The position numbers were made by a program, and so were the translations under genes. The notes below the pieces were generated by a model, which worked only from the letters and a program-made list of their open reading frames with translations, did not search any database and was not told the DNA's origin. This document shows, piece by piece, positions 1-12,948 of a stretch of 64,000 nt of DNA (within the stretch, counting starts at the first letter, position 1; each line of letters starts with the position of its first letter). Source of the DNA: Scyliorhinus canicula (Eukaryota); NCBI RefSeq assembly GCF_902713615.1, contig NC_052151.1, positions 220,498,863 through 220,562,862 of the forward strand. Reading direction: 5' to 3'.

Positions 1-109
1 TACAGACATACATTGCCTCCGTTTTCTGCGTCTGTCTCCATGTCACCATTAGACAGTCTTCCAGGAAAGCCAATAAAACGTGATACCTCAAGGAACCTCT
101 AAGATTAAT

Positions 110-435
110 GGGCGCACGGTTGCGCAGTGGGTAGCACTATTGATTCACACTACTACTGTTCCAGGTTCGATTCCCAGCTTGGATCACTGTCTGTGCTCCA
201 GCAGGAGTTGTTGCTGGGGCTGGGCGCCGAGTTTGCGTTACTTTTCCGTTATCCCTGTGTCTGCGTGGATTTGTTTGCGTGCTCCGTTTCTCCCACAAGT
301 CCCGAAAGCCGTACTGTTGGGTGAATTGGACATTCTCCCTCAGTGTACCCGAACAGGCGACAATCTGTGGCGACTCGGGGCTTTTAACAGTAACTTAATT
401 GCAGTGTTAATATTTGTGACAATAAAGTTATTATT
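110..435 (+). mobile_element. tRNA-derived SINE (shark HE1-like)
   Basis: A/B-box-like head (gcgcagtgggtagcact...ggttcgattccc) and tail gtgacaataaagttattatt; related copies recur across the window. Confidence 0.8.
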
Positions 436-2799
436 ATTCTCATTGGCACGACGTTCCAAAAGTCAACTTTAAATCTGATCAACAAATGTATACCAAGCGC
501 GACCCTCTCCAGAACTGTCGGTATGCGACATTATAATTCACAGAGGAAAGCAAAGGGGCCGCTCGCACACACGTTTGTTTGGGTGCAATCACTCACCAGG
601 AACACCAATAGCGGCAAGAGTAATGTTGTATATTTTCAGAATTGTGTCGGTCGGAAAATGCATTTTCTGCAGCAAGATCTATCCCTTTGTACCACAGAAA
701 ATGTTTGTGTTGAACACTGCTTATATATTTTCCCTGGTTGGATCATTTAAACGTCGTGGAATCCCGCGGGGGGCGGGGGGGAGGGGGAGTAGAATGTTGC
801 AAACGTTTGTTTTTTCATTTGAAGAAACCGAAATTACATCATATCGAGTCTGTTTTGTGACAATCTATTTATATCAGAACTCGACTTGGAAAGCAACAAT
901 GATTGGATAATTTTAATCAATGCCCTTTTCAATTCAAAATCGAAAGCTATGTCCTCCCGGAGTTGAGATCGTTCCAGAAAACAACACGATTCCAACACGC
1001 AGACCTCCATATTGTTTCAGGGATCTCGTTCACGAGACGATAATGCATCACCTCCAGCTCACGCACCACGCTTCGTAAACATAGCATTTTAGGGAAATCC
1101 CAGAGACTAACAAAATAATCTCTCCCGGCCCCTCGTTTAGTCCAGTACATCATGGCCGCCAAAACAGAGTGATTTTTCATATCCCGACAACGCTGCGCGT
1201 TTACGATGGCCAATATTATCCAGAACATCAAACATTTAAAGCCAGAGGACCATGGATTTATGGGATGCACTGTCTGAAATGGTGGAATAAAAAGAAAAAT
1301 GCATCGCATGTTCAGGCATACTTGTGGTCCTGCATACCAAGAGCTGGAACCCTGGAGTTAGCCTGAGGAGACCCTTCTCTGCCAGTGCAAATATGTTAGG
1401 CTAAATGGGTTCCTTGTGTGTCTTGGCCTTCCGGTGCTGATTGTTGTTCCCGACAAAGTGTTACAAAGTGGCACATTTAAACGCCAAGGTAAATGTGCTT
1501 GGGGTCGTTCTGAAGCATGGGACACGGCCGCCGAATCACAATGGGAAGTCCTTGAATCCAAAGTCGACTTTGTGACTGGAATCGTGTAGACTATCTAACC
1601 ATATGGCTCAAAATGAATTGACACATTTAATATCACATGTATCACAATTGTGTGAAGCACTTTAAAGTGCAACACGATTTATGTGGGCATATTAGGTGTC
1701 ATTGCACGTATGTTCCGTTTAGGTACAAGAACAACCCAGATTGCAACGTAATCTATGTAGAAAACATGAATGTCATTGGACTTTCGGCAGTGAAATTTGT
1801 ATATGTTTTTCGATTTTTGTCAATTAGCATATAATTTGTCACAATCGATGAATTAATAAAACAGTCCTTAAAACATTCCATGTGCCTGTATTCCTGAAGT
1901 TTGCCTTAGAAATTGGCAGGGAGCACATATTATGCACGAAGAGGATTAAGATTTCGATTGGCGGAAGCAGAAAGTGAAAAGATTCTGTCGATCATTGCTG
2001 TGGGTCATTTCCCGGATGAATGCGTGTGAAATGATTTCGTTGGAGGAGTTGAAAAAACATGGAGAACCTGATAATGCTTACTCCAATGAATGTATTAAGC
2101 CGCGCACAAATACCATGGACAGAAAGGTTATGCACTGTTGAACGTATAATCCAATTGGTCCTGAACCATCCGCACTGACAAGTTTCGATCAGGAATCATC
2201 TCCTCCATTTACGGATCTCCTATGGACCCCGATTCAGCAAAGCAAGTGTTAACATTTTGTCCACGCCTCCAACCACCTCAGTAGCCTGGCTTTCCCATTG
2301 ATCCATCAAAGCTTTCCCAACCCCTTACAATCTTCATTTATAAGAAAATATCTTCAAACCCTTTAATCCCCGATCACCGAGGTAGCATCCTCAAATCCAG
2401 ACAACACTCATTAGCTGTTGAACACGCCCAGACGCTTATTGCCTCTCAATCTCGGGATATCTATCCAAACCCCCCACTCTTGCATACTCTCCAACGTTTT
2501 CCACCCTCAACCGCCATCCAGCCTTGGCGGTTGCGGGGTAGAGACATTCTGAATCACAGAATCAGAACATTTCCATTGTAGGGGAAAGTCATGCGGATCA
2601 TCATGTCAGCACGGGCTCCAGAATGATCCATTCAACTAGTTATATCTCCCTACCTTTGCCCATAATTACTTCATTAATTCATACTTTCCCTTGGACCCTC
2701 TCCCCAATACTGATGACAAGTATTTACTTCCATATCCCCACCCACCTTCCCCCCGCCTTATTCAGGACTACTTCATTCAACACTGACCCGTTCCACTTT

Positions 2800-3490
2800 C
2801 CGAATTACGACTTTCCCCATGTAAATGGAGATAGATCTCAACGTGTTTCAATGGAGAGGGATATGAGTGTCCTCGTGCACTATTCTCAGAACAGTATGTG
2901 CAGCAGGCACTCATGAGGCACATGGGATTATGGCCCTCACAACTAATACGATGGTGTACAAAGTAGGGACGTGTTGCTGGAAATGTGCAATGCGTTTATG
3001 AAACCGCAACTGGAGAAATGTGTAAAGTTTTGGCATCCCTTATTTGAGGAGGGATGTAGTTCCTTCAGAGGCGCGGGTGACAGGAGATTCACTGGATTGT
3101 ACAGGGAAGGAGTTCATCTTATAAAGTAAGATTGGGCAGTTGAGGCCTGTACTCTTGAGATTAGAGGAATGCGACTTGGTGTAACTGAGATATGTAAGAT
3201 GATGAAATGTATTGATAAAGTGGAGTGGAGCGGATGGTTCCTCTCGTGGGACAGTCCAGAACGAGAGGTCATATTTTTAGTATAAGTGGTTCAGGAACCT
3301 AGAGTGCAGGGCATGCCGGTACTTGAGTAAATTCAAGGCGGTGATGTACGGATTTGTTTTCGGAATGGGTTGAGGGGATATGGAGAATGGGAAGGAATGT
3401 GCAGTTAAGACAGAGCGGAGAGCAGCCATCATAGTATTGAACGGCGAGCGGTTTCGAAGGTTTGAAAAGCGTTTTGTTTGAACGAGTTCT
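2800..3490 (+). mobile_element. Old CR1 LINE 3' fragment, predates the duplication (paralog ~36700-37375)
   Basis: Degenerate CR1 RT C-terminus and 3'UTR ending gttcttatg, present in both duplicate copies. Confidence 0.7.
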
Positions 3491-3504
3491 TATGAACATA
3501 TGGT

Positions 3505-4985
3505 ATGGAGATGCCGGCATTGGTTTCGTGTGGGCACATTAAGAAGTTTTACAGCACCATGTTGTTGTCCAACAGGTTTTTCCGAATCACTAGCCCTCGG
3601 AGCGCAACTCCTTCATCAGGTGAATGAAGAGGTGGGTCCCACAAACACAAATATAGACAAATTCAATGATGCAAGATGATACTTTAAATGCGAGACTTTT
3701 CAGATAATTAAATCTTTACAGGTCTAGATCTGTGCGTCTGGAGAGAGGCATAATCACAGGGTAAAGAGGTATGAATTGTCTGAAGCCAGGGCAGTTGATA
3801 GGATTTCGGAAGCCCAGGCCAGATGGTAGTGGGGTGAATGTAATGAGAGTTGACTCCAAGGTCCCGGTTGGGGCCGTACTCATGTGTGCAGAACTCGGCT
3901 CTCAGTTTCTGCTCGGCGTTGTTACGTATCCTGAAGGACGTCACGGAGAACGCTCACCCGAAGATCAGAGGTTGAATGCGCTTGACTGATGAAATGTTCC
4001 ACGATTGGAAGGGAACATTTCTGCCTTGCGATTTTGTTTAATGTCCGTTCATCCGTCGTGTCAGTATCTGCTTGGTCTCTCCAATGTATCAGGCCTCGAG
4101 ACATATTTTCCAGCACCATATGATGCAGACAACATTGGCCGAGTGACACAAGTATGTCATACTTGAATTTACTCAAGTTCCCTGCATGCACTGCACTCTA
4201 GGTTCCGCGTACCTTGATTGGTGGTGTTCTCATGTGAAAGTGAGGTACCAATTTCGATGATCTGGCCGGTATTACAGAGATTGCCATAGTAGGGTTCTGT
4301 GACGTTGTGGTCATTGTACTCCGGAAGGCTGTATAGTTTGCTTCAAACAATGGTCTGTTTGAGTTTGTGCGATTCTTGCAAGGGAAGGGGGTGCGGGGAT
4401 GGCCTTTGCAAGATGTTCATCTTCGGCGATGACGTGTTGAAGGCTATGAAGACGAGGTCGTATTTTCCCTGCTGCGTGGAAGTACCGGACAATGAAGGGT
4501 GCTCTAGCGTTTGTGTCCCCCGTTTGTCTTCTGTAGAGGGCGCTGCAGTTTTTTGGTGTGGCACGTTGGAACTGCCAATCGATGAGTCGAGCGCCATATC
4601 ACATTTTTGCAAGGGGATCTTTCAGTGTTTGTAGATGTCGGTTTTGTTCCTCCTCGCCTGAGCAGATCCTGTGTATATGGAGGGCATGACCATAGGGGAT
4701 GGCTTTTTTGATGTCATTCGGATGGAAGTTGGAGAAGTGGAGCATCGAGAGGTTATCTGTGGGCTTGTGGTAAAGCGCAGAGCTGAAGTGACCGCCCTTG
4801 ATGGAGATGAGTGGGTCCAAGAATGCAACCAATTCTGTAGAGTAGTCCATGGTGAGTCTGATGGTGGCATGGAACGTATTGTTGTCATCCTGAGTGGAAA
4901 GTAGATAATTTTGAACTTATTCTCTTCCCTCCAAGGAAATGGCTTGCTGAAACCGGTTTGCTCAGCATGGGGGTGGGAGCGCACT
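3505..4985 (-). mobile_element. Penelope-like element fragment (RT C-terminus + GIY-YIG), decayed
   Basis: Minus ORF 4599-4850 (LYHKPTDNLSMLHFSNFHP..KKAIPYGHALHIHRICS) matches Penelope RT C-terminus; same family at 19484 and 63200. Confidence 0.85.
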
Positions 4986-5959
4986 GGTATTGTTGCTTGC
5001 TAGACAACTAATCCAGGGACCCAGATTCATACTGTGAGGATCCGAATGCGAATCCCAAAACTGTAAAAGGGATTTGACTGGAATTGATAAACCGGAATGT
5101 TTTTGTTAACAAACTATCGAGCTCACCACCTTTCACGAAGGAACTCTGCCGTCGATACCTGACTCGGCCTTCATGTCACTCCAAATCGAGTAAGAGGTGG
5201 TTGACTCATTAATCGCCTCACAAATGGACGAGCAAACCATCCAGTTCAAGGACAATCAGCGATGTGCAGTAAATGTCTCCACATCTATCGTTACCGATAT
5301 CCCATGCGTACAATCAAAATTGGTCAAATAGCTTGGTCCAAAGATCTGGATTCTTTCAGACGACTGTGGGGAATTTACAACCCATATCTCGATAATTGGA
5401 CATCGGGGATAATTTGTCAGTGACTATAAATTGGTCAGTAATCCGGGATTACGGGAAAGACGGGAAGCGCACGACATTATGATGTTCCTTTCGAAAGCCG
5501 GGAAAGAGTCCAAATGGTTTATTGCCGCGCCGTAATTATTACTTGATTCTGTGAATAGTTTAAACGTTCACAGCGAAAGTAAAAAAGAGTTTCCCTTTTT
5601 ACGGATCCCAAATGCACGCAGCCAAGACAGCCAAGAATATTAGTGAGCACGTAGACTCTGCATGGCTGTTTCAAATAAAGGTGCAAGTCCATTAATGCAC
5701 CCATCACCTCCTCTGTATTCCTTATTAAAAGCGGCTCCCCACAGGACTCAATACGCTGCAGGTCTCACTACCTCTGTCAGTCCGAGCGTGTGTGCAATTT
5801 ATATTTTATATATATTTATATTTTACTGCGTCATAACTCTCTTTGACGATAAGAGGTAATAAAGGAACATGTTGTTCAGCTTGCTTTACTATTCTTGTCT
5901 TTCATTTTAATGCCCAGTTTTCCCCTGTTTACTGACCTCTATCCCCATCTCTTTGCCAG

Positions 5960-6053
5960 AACTGAACTCACAGACCATCGTCAGAAGCAAACAGCTGCCT
6001 TCCGATTTCCGCGGGAGTCATAGAACTTGTCTTGCACTGTGGCGGGTACAGTA
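5960..6053 (+). pseudogene. TRBV: Truncated TRBV pseudogene (FR1 only), paralog of V at 41774
   Basis: Same acceptor ctctttgccag (ends 5959); aligns to 41774-41868; 1-nt deletion (accatc-gtc) and in-frame TAG at 6021-6023; leader ATG and donor degenerate; cut off by L1 ORF1 sequence. Confidence 0.8.
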
Positions 6054-6054
6054 T

Positions 6055-7278
6055 TTCGCTGTCGACTGAGTATTTTGCTGTGATGCTGGCAAAACTAATG
6101 GCGGATGGGGGAGGATCCCTCCCGATATGAACTGGATCGGGCTCATCGGTCATGGAGGCCTGTACCAAAGGCGAGTGAGCCGCCAAGGTAGTGACCCTCT
6201 GCTTGCATAGGTACAGTGTGAAGGAGAAGGTCCTGTGCTGGGCCAAGCAGAAGCGGGTGGTGCAATGGGCTGGAGCTGGTATACGTGCATACCAGGACTT
6301 TACAGTGGAGCTGTCGAGGAGATGGGCTGCTTTTAACCGGGTGAGGAGGGCACTGTACATTAGCAATGTGCAGTGCGGCATTGTATATCCAGCGAAGCTG
6401 AGGGTAACTTACAAGCTCAAGAACTTTTATTTTGGAATGACGGAAGCAGCAGAGGAGTTTGTGAAGGCAGAAGGACTGTGGCAGAAATGAGAAATTGAGA
6501 AAAGGCCGTGTACCGATGTAACGTCATGATTGTATTTTCTTTTTGTTTGTTTCACTGCGTGCTGGTGTATGGGCTAAAGGGGCTGATGTTCTGTATGTTT
6601 GGACAAGGGAAGTGATGGGACTTTCACGCAAAGTGAAGGCTCTTTGGGGTGTAGGTGGATATGCGGGGCTTGTGTGCTAAAAGGGGATTTTTGGGCTTTC
6701 CTAGGGTCGGGCAAGGGGGAAAGGGAGCCGGGCGCGGCCCTCCACGCTGGACTGTCTAAGCCGGCCAGTGAACGGGAATGAGGTGGGGGGAGGATCTGCG
6801 GTCATCGGAGCCTGGCAGACCATGGTCCGAGTGGGGTAGCCGGGGTGGAAAGTTGGGGGGACGAAACCGAGGTTGGGGGAAGGAATATTACAAGAGGCAG
6901 TGGACGGGAAGTGTTGGGGAGGAGTGGGGGTCTTACAACTCTTCGGTATCATGTACGGCACTCTTTCAGAGGTTGGACGGCGTGTGTTTGAATGTAGGGG
7001 GTGGGGTGTGGGGATGGAGTGGACTCTTTTGTGACAATGGGCGGTCCCGGACTCCTTTTTTCTTTTTCTCCTTCGTTTTTGTTTCCACCGTGGGAGGGTT
7101 TGTCTCATTGGATGCATATATTGACAGGTGGGCCGTTGTTTTGTGGTGGTGGGAGGATGGGATCGTTTATTATTGTTCAGGAGATTGATTTTGCATTTGT
7201 TACCGTTAACTGTTTGTGGGTGGGTTGTAAATTATGAAGGAAAATGTGAAAATGGACAATAAAAACATTTATTAAAAA
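6055..7278 (+). mobile_element. 5'-truncated L1-family element with ORF1 C-terminal half, no ORF2, A-rich tail
   Basis: YELDRAHRS...LHRYSVKEKVLCWAK...YQDFTVELSRR...VYPAKLRVTY = L1 ORF1p C-terminus; stop at 6490; G-rich UTR; aataaaaacatttattaaaaaa at ~7259. Confidence 0.85.
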
Positions 7279-8139
7279 ATATATAAATAATTACAGACAA
7301 CTGGAAGGCAAGAAGTGGGAAGTCTGGATATGATCACATCACTTAGGTGGCCATAGCTCTGCACAGGTGGTTGAAAATGCAGCAGCCAACAATTAAATGT
7401 CTCACCAAAGGCTGACGCTTCGCAAGTCGAGACACCTGTCAAGGTACCACAAAGTTGTGACAGCTGCTTCAGCTCGTCTGCTTGAGAGTTGATTTAAAAC
7501 TGTTTACCCACATATTTAGTCTTTCATCTTATGAAAGATAAATAAACTGATCATGGTGTTTTTTTTTTTTACCTTTTAATGCCAGGCAAAGATGTACCAT
7601 AGTAGTCATATTACTGAGCTAGTAATCCAGAGAACTGGAGAAACGATCCGAGATATTCATAAAAATGCAGGACGCTGCAATGGAACGTTAACTAAGTTAA
7701 ATTAATGAAAAATTACAATGGCAATCCAATTTCATAATAATTACCAGAAATCCACTCTGTTTCTAGAAAAGTCATGTTTATTGCTGATCTTGCGGGACGG
7801 AGTCTATCATCAGACATAAGCCTTTCTTACTATTATTCGCCATCTGATATGGCCCAACATGTCTTTCGCATATATGAAAGAAACTGGTGATCCACTATCA
7901 TCTCCAATGCAATTAGGAACATTTGCACATCCACGATGTTCTACGCAGACCTGAGAGCAAGCTTGGCTTGAACAGTGCCTGTGACACATGGCCACAGTGG
8001 CTTTCTCTCTCTCGATCTCACTTTCTTTCTTTCTCTCTCGATTGCGTCTGCGATGCTGCGCTCTTCGCCCACCACCCAAACTGAAATAAGGAAACTAACC
8101 ATTGGGATAAAACGCTTAACTGCATTACACAGGATAATG

Positions 8140-8310
8140 TGTTAATAGAATCATAAGAACAGCGTAGAAGGAGGCCATTTGAGCTACATCGCCCCTGAAA
8201 GAGCACCTTACCTGAGTCGGCACCTCCACCCTCTCCTCGTAACCGAGCAACCGCACCTACAGATTTGGACAATATGGGGCAATTTAGCATCACCACTCAA
8301 TATAACATGC
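8140..8310 (-). mobile_element. Partial SINE/CR1-tail fragment
   Basis: Matches the fuller SINE at the paralogous position 44350-44580. Confidence 0.6.
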
Positions 8311-9173
8311 CCATCATTTCTCCCAACCGTCCTTATCTTAGTTCCCTATCAATTGTGTATGTCAATTGTTTCAGTTCATTGATTTTTAAAAAGCTCGTAT
8401 TAAATGTTAGTTTCATTCATGTGACCCTGAACCTACCATAGAGAGCGCTAATGCTCCTCCGCACCATGAATGTCCTTCCGGGTGAATAGCTGCCATCCTT
8501 GGTTGGCTTAGAATCCATGGAACTCCAATCACAGAGAAAAGTATCTCACTAGTAACTGCACTGTTGAACTCTCCAGAAACACAACGGTTAGTCCAAACTA
8601 CTGCATAATAGACTGTTGAGACCCGGGAAGACCACTTATCACCACCATGTGAAGGATAAATATCCTGCCCCAGCGCCTCACACACAAGCCATGCAATAAA
8701 ACATCTTCAATGTCCCTCACTCTACAGATTTGTTTTGCGATTATTTGTCTTTGCTGAAGCTATCTCTCAGGTTATGTTTTTTGTTAGCCTTAGAATTTAT
8801 CACCATAATCCAATCCATTTCTCACCCTCATGTTCATTCCAGGTTGACGTTCATTCAGTTACTTCTACAATCATTCCATCAATATTTCTCTTGTTCTGCC
8901 CAAACAACACTGTTAGTAATTACATTCAGATCATCATATCTCTCTGCAAATAAATAAATGGTCTCTGCTGTACCAATTGTTTTTCGCGCGGTGTGTCAAA
9001 TTATCATTATTGAGTGTACTCTTAAATTACGGACCAGCCTCGAGCGTAATTTACTCAGTTATAACATTGGATCTCTTCTGAGACCTACTCACAGTTATCA
9101 AATCCCATACTATCACACTGTACTTTATTATTCTGCATTGTCGCGCAATTACCGGGATTGGTCGAGAATTCGT

Positions 9174-9187
9174 AGGAAGTGACGTCA
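9174..9187 (+). promoter_or_regulatory. ETS-CRE composite / TCR V-beta decamer (AGTGACGTCA at 9178-9187)
   Basis: ggaagtgacgtca ~115 nt upstream of the leader; conserved at 12018 and 45742. Confidence 0.75.
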
Positions 9188-9302
9188 GCAAAATAATAAG
9201 GCCCGGATGCGCCGCAGTTAATTAGTTACAACAGCGACACTGCCTTTCCACATGCATTGAACTTCACTCCGTCTACATACCGGGCAGTCCCGGAATGAAA
9301 AG

Positions 9303-10136
9303 TTGCGGTTGCAAGACGTTTATTGTGTAATCGTGATGGTTTCAGTTTTCCCAGGTAAGTCGAAATCTCAGCATTTGAATTATAACTGGGGCTGAGGCTG
9401 TTTCCCTCTCATCCCTCCACTAGAATCATCGGATTCCGTCTCGTCTCCGATTCCGGACACACGAACAAGGCTGATCCTCGCATCCTGTACGATCGTGTAT
9501 TCCTGGACACGGAAATTAACCCTTCGCACAATTCAGAGAACAGCACAGTGTTCTGCCCTTTGCCCCATGGCAACGATTCTGGAAAATGTGCCTTTACGAT
9601 GCCACCATCAACTGTTCCCTTTTAGTTTGCTGAATGTTGGACCTTTCTGTCCTATAATTGCTCTCTGCTTTTGGACATTGTAGCATGGTACTTTTTAGCG
9701 TGACACTTCATTGGAAAAAGTTTCGGGATGTTCTATATTTGCATCAGGAACATTGTCCTTTCGTTGCGATATTATTTATTTAAATGACAATATTGTTCCA
9801 AAGGCTGATCGATTGCAATTGGAATTTACCCTCTGTTCCATTCAAAGAAACGTACATGGAACATTCGCCTCCAGTCTTGTCAGCAGAAACAGGACAATGG
9901 ACGATACTCAGATGCGATCTGAAGGATACTAGCTACCCCGCAATGCACTGGTACAGACAACAACAAGGCGAAACAATTGATTTTCTGTTTTACTCTCCTG
10001 CAGTTACACATCCGAGTCGCTTGGAGTTCAAAGACCCAATATTACACAATTCATTTTGAAACCGAACAACACCAATGTGTCTCACACCGCTGTTGCACGG
10101 GGCCTTTCAGAATTCGAGTGTGATGCTACATTAACC
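9303..10136 (+). pseudogene. TRBV: TRBV pseudogene (family of 12142 and 45867)
   Basis: Leader 9303-9354 with ATG>TTG; V exon from 9848; ~16-nt CDR2 deletion causing frameshift and stop at 10057-10059; YxC104 motif deleted; RSS degenerate (cacgggg...acattaacc). Confidence 0.88.
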
Positions 10137-12013
10137 TGCATCATTCACATGCAGTGCTCACATTCTGCCACTGGATGGCATTTGTAGATTGATGTTCAGG
10201 TTACATATTCTGTGCCCGACCACGGAACAGGAGACTTATTTGGCGCAAAGGAAGCCATCCGAACCATCGCACCCATTCCAGCGCCATTAGAACCCGTCAT
10301 GCGCCTCTTTAACAAGATCACATGGTGGTCCATTCAGCCGCTATAATCGGTTCCGTTAGTGTGTTGGACGAAGGTGGTCCTCAACTCTTACTCACCGCCT
10401 TCCGCCACCTTTTCTAATATCATTAGCAACGACATCCAACAATATTATTCATGAAATATTGACATAACTTTTAGTACCCATCGACTTTGCTGGAGGTGGC
10501 GTGAATCTGATTTCAAAATTACTCCCCGAAATTCGAATTTGCCACCCAAAAACAAAATCCTTTGTATCGCCTGTTATTTTTGGAAACATGTAAACGCATT
10601 GATTAGTCCAGGTTTCAATATTGTAAAATAAAAGAAATGAAGCTGATTGTATTCAGCCTGGACTACCATTTACACCCATCATGCCCCACACAGTAGACTG
10701 GTAGACTGCAAGTTCAGAGTCCTAGCGCACTGACCAGGAAACGAGATCAGATTTCACCTTTACTGCCATTTGCACCGTTATCTCTGTGGCGTTCTTTAGG
10801 AAGGAAATCTTCCGTACTTCGTTGGTTGCACACAGACGACTGCAGGCACACATCAATGTGGCGGAGGCTTACCTGTTCTGCTACATGGTCCAGGAAGCCA
10901 TTAGTGATACCAAACTGCTGCAGAATTGAGTACTTTCAGTAAGACGCCCACATTACCAAGAAGAATCAGGGGTCAACACATTAATATGCCACTCGGCCAA
11001 CTACGCATATGCCGATTATCAAATATCAATTGATTTAAATCTATTTTAAAAACAGTTAACCGTAGCCTACAATGGCTTGGCAATTTATGGGATTCTTCAC
11101 TTGCCAGTGTACACGCCTTTCACAATCTCAGAAAGCGTGTCCCCTCTCTCCATCACATCATTTCCACCAGCCACCCTTATCTAAATTCCCTCTAAATCAT
11201 GTATGGCAATTGTTTCAATTAATTGATTAAAAATAAAGCTGGTTTTGAATGCGTTTCAGTAAGGTGACCCTGAACCTATCGTCGAGAGCGCGAATACTGC
11301 TCCCGTTCATGACTGTCGTTCAGGAAGAATAGCTGCCATGCTTATTTGGCTTCGAATGCATAGAACTCCAGACACAGAGCAAAGTCGCTCACTAGTAACT
11401 GCACTATTAAACTGTCCAGAAACACGAGTTAGACCGAACTACTGCGTAATAGACTGATGAGAATCAGAAAAAACACTCATCACCAGCATCTGAAGGACAA
11501 TCAAAGCCGACCTGCTCCAGCGCCTCACACAGAAGTCATAAAATACATTTCTTTCAACGTCCCTCACTCTGCACATTTCGTTCGTGATGCATGTTTTTAG
11601 CTGAATGTAGCAGTCAAGTTATGTTTTTTTTAAATTATAGTTAGACTTTCACAACAACATGTTCATTCCAGATAGGCGTTTCTTTTTTTTTCAGTACTTT
11701 ATCCAGTTATTCTTTAAAGGTTGTTTTCTTCTGCTTATACTACACGGTCAGTAATTGTATTCAGATCATAATATCCCGCTGCAAATAAAGACACGGTCTC
11801 TGTTGCACCAATTGTTTTCGTGCGAAATGACTTTAATTATCATTATTGAAGGAACTCTATAATTATGGACCAACCGCGAGAGTAATTTACTCATTTACAA
11901 TATTGAAACTCTTCTGAGACCTACTCACAGTTCGCAAATCACACCGTACCAGACTGTACTTTATTATTCTGCATTGTTGCACAGAAACTAACCGGGATTG
12001 ATCGTGGATTCGT

Positions 12014-12027
12014 AGGAAGTGACGTCA
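12014..12027 (+). promoter_or_regulatory. ETS-CRE composite / TCR V-beta decamer (12018-12027)
   Basis: aggaagtgacgtca 115 nt upstream of ATG 12142. Confidence 0.78.
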
Positions 12028-12141
12028 GTATAATAACTACGACCGGATGCTCCGCAGTCAATTAGTTACAACAACTACACTGCCTTTCAATCTGCATTGA
12101 ACGTCACTCCGTTCACATACTGGGCTGTCCTCGAATGGAAG

Positions 12142-12948
12142 ATGGTGCTGCATGAAGTTTATTGTCTAATCGTGATGGTTTCAGTTTTCCCAGGTAAGTC
12201 AGCCTGTATCCCTCTCATCCCTGTATTAGAATCATAGGATTTTGTCTCCTCCCAGCTTCTGGACCTTAATAACAAGGCTGACACTCGCCTTCTGAGCGGC
12301 TTTGCTTTCCGGTGCACGAAAATGACACCATAGCCCTATTCACAGAACAGCAGAATGTCCTGCCCTGTGTCAGTGGCAACGATTCTCTGTGAAACGATCA
12401 TTAAAAATGCACGATATACTGTTCGTCTTTACTTTGCAACAAGGACCTTTCTATCCTATAATTGGTCTCTGCGTTTGGGTATGGTAGCACTGGCAGCATG
12501 GTTCTTTTTAACACGATGTTTGATTCAAAAAAAGTTTGAGGATGTCCTGTTGTTGCATCAGGAACATTTTCCCTGCGATATTATTTCTTTATGTGACAAT
12601 ATTGTTCGAACTCCTTATCGATTGTAATTGGAATCTACCCTCTGTTCAATTCAACAGAAACTTACGCCACCTATGTGGAACAGTCGCCTTCAGTCCTGTC
12701 GGTAGAAACAGGACAATCCAAGACACTCAGATGCAATCTGAAGGATACTAGCTATCCCGTAATGTACTGGTACAGTCAACAAAAAGGCAAAGCAATTGAA
12801 GTTCTGTTTCATTCTGCTGGAGTAGGGGCTCTTGCAAGTTACACATCCGATTCGTTTGAAGCCGAAAGACCCAGCATTACACAGTTCATTTTGAAACTGA
12901 ACGACACAAATCCATCTCACACCGCTGTCTACTTCTGCGCATGTAGCG
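12142..12948 (+). CDS. TRBV: TCR beta V segment, apparently functional
   Basis: Leader 12142-12193 (MVLHEVYCLIVMVSVFP), phase-1 GT-AG intron 12194-12657, V exon 12658-12948 in frame: TYATYVEQSPSVLSVETGQSKTLRC..MYWYSQ..LFHSAGVG..RPSITQFILKL..TAVYFCACS; Cys23/Trp41/Cys104 present. Confidence 0.92.

Noticed and set aside
9737-9744. Perfect octamer ATTTGCAT
   Set aside because: Inside a pseudogene intron and not conserved in the 12550 paralog; likely chance
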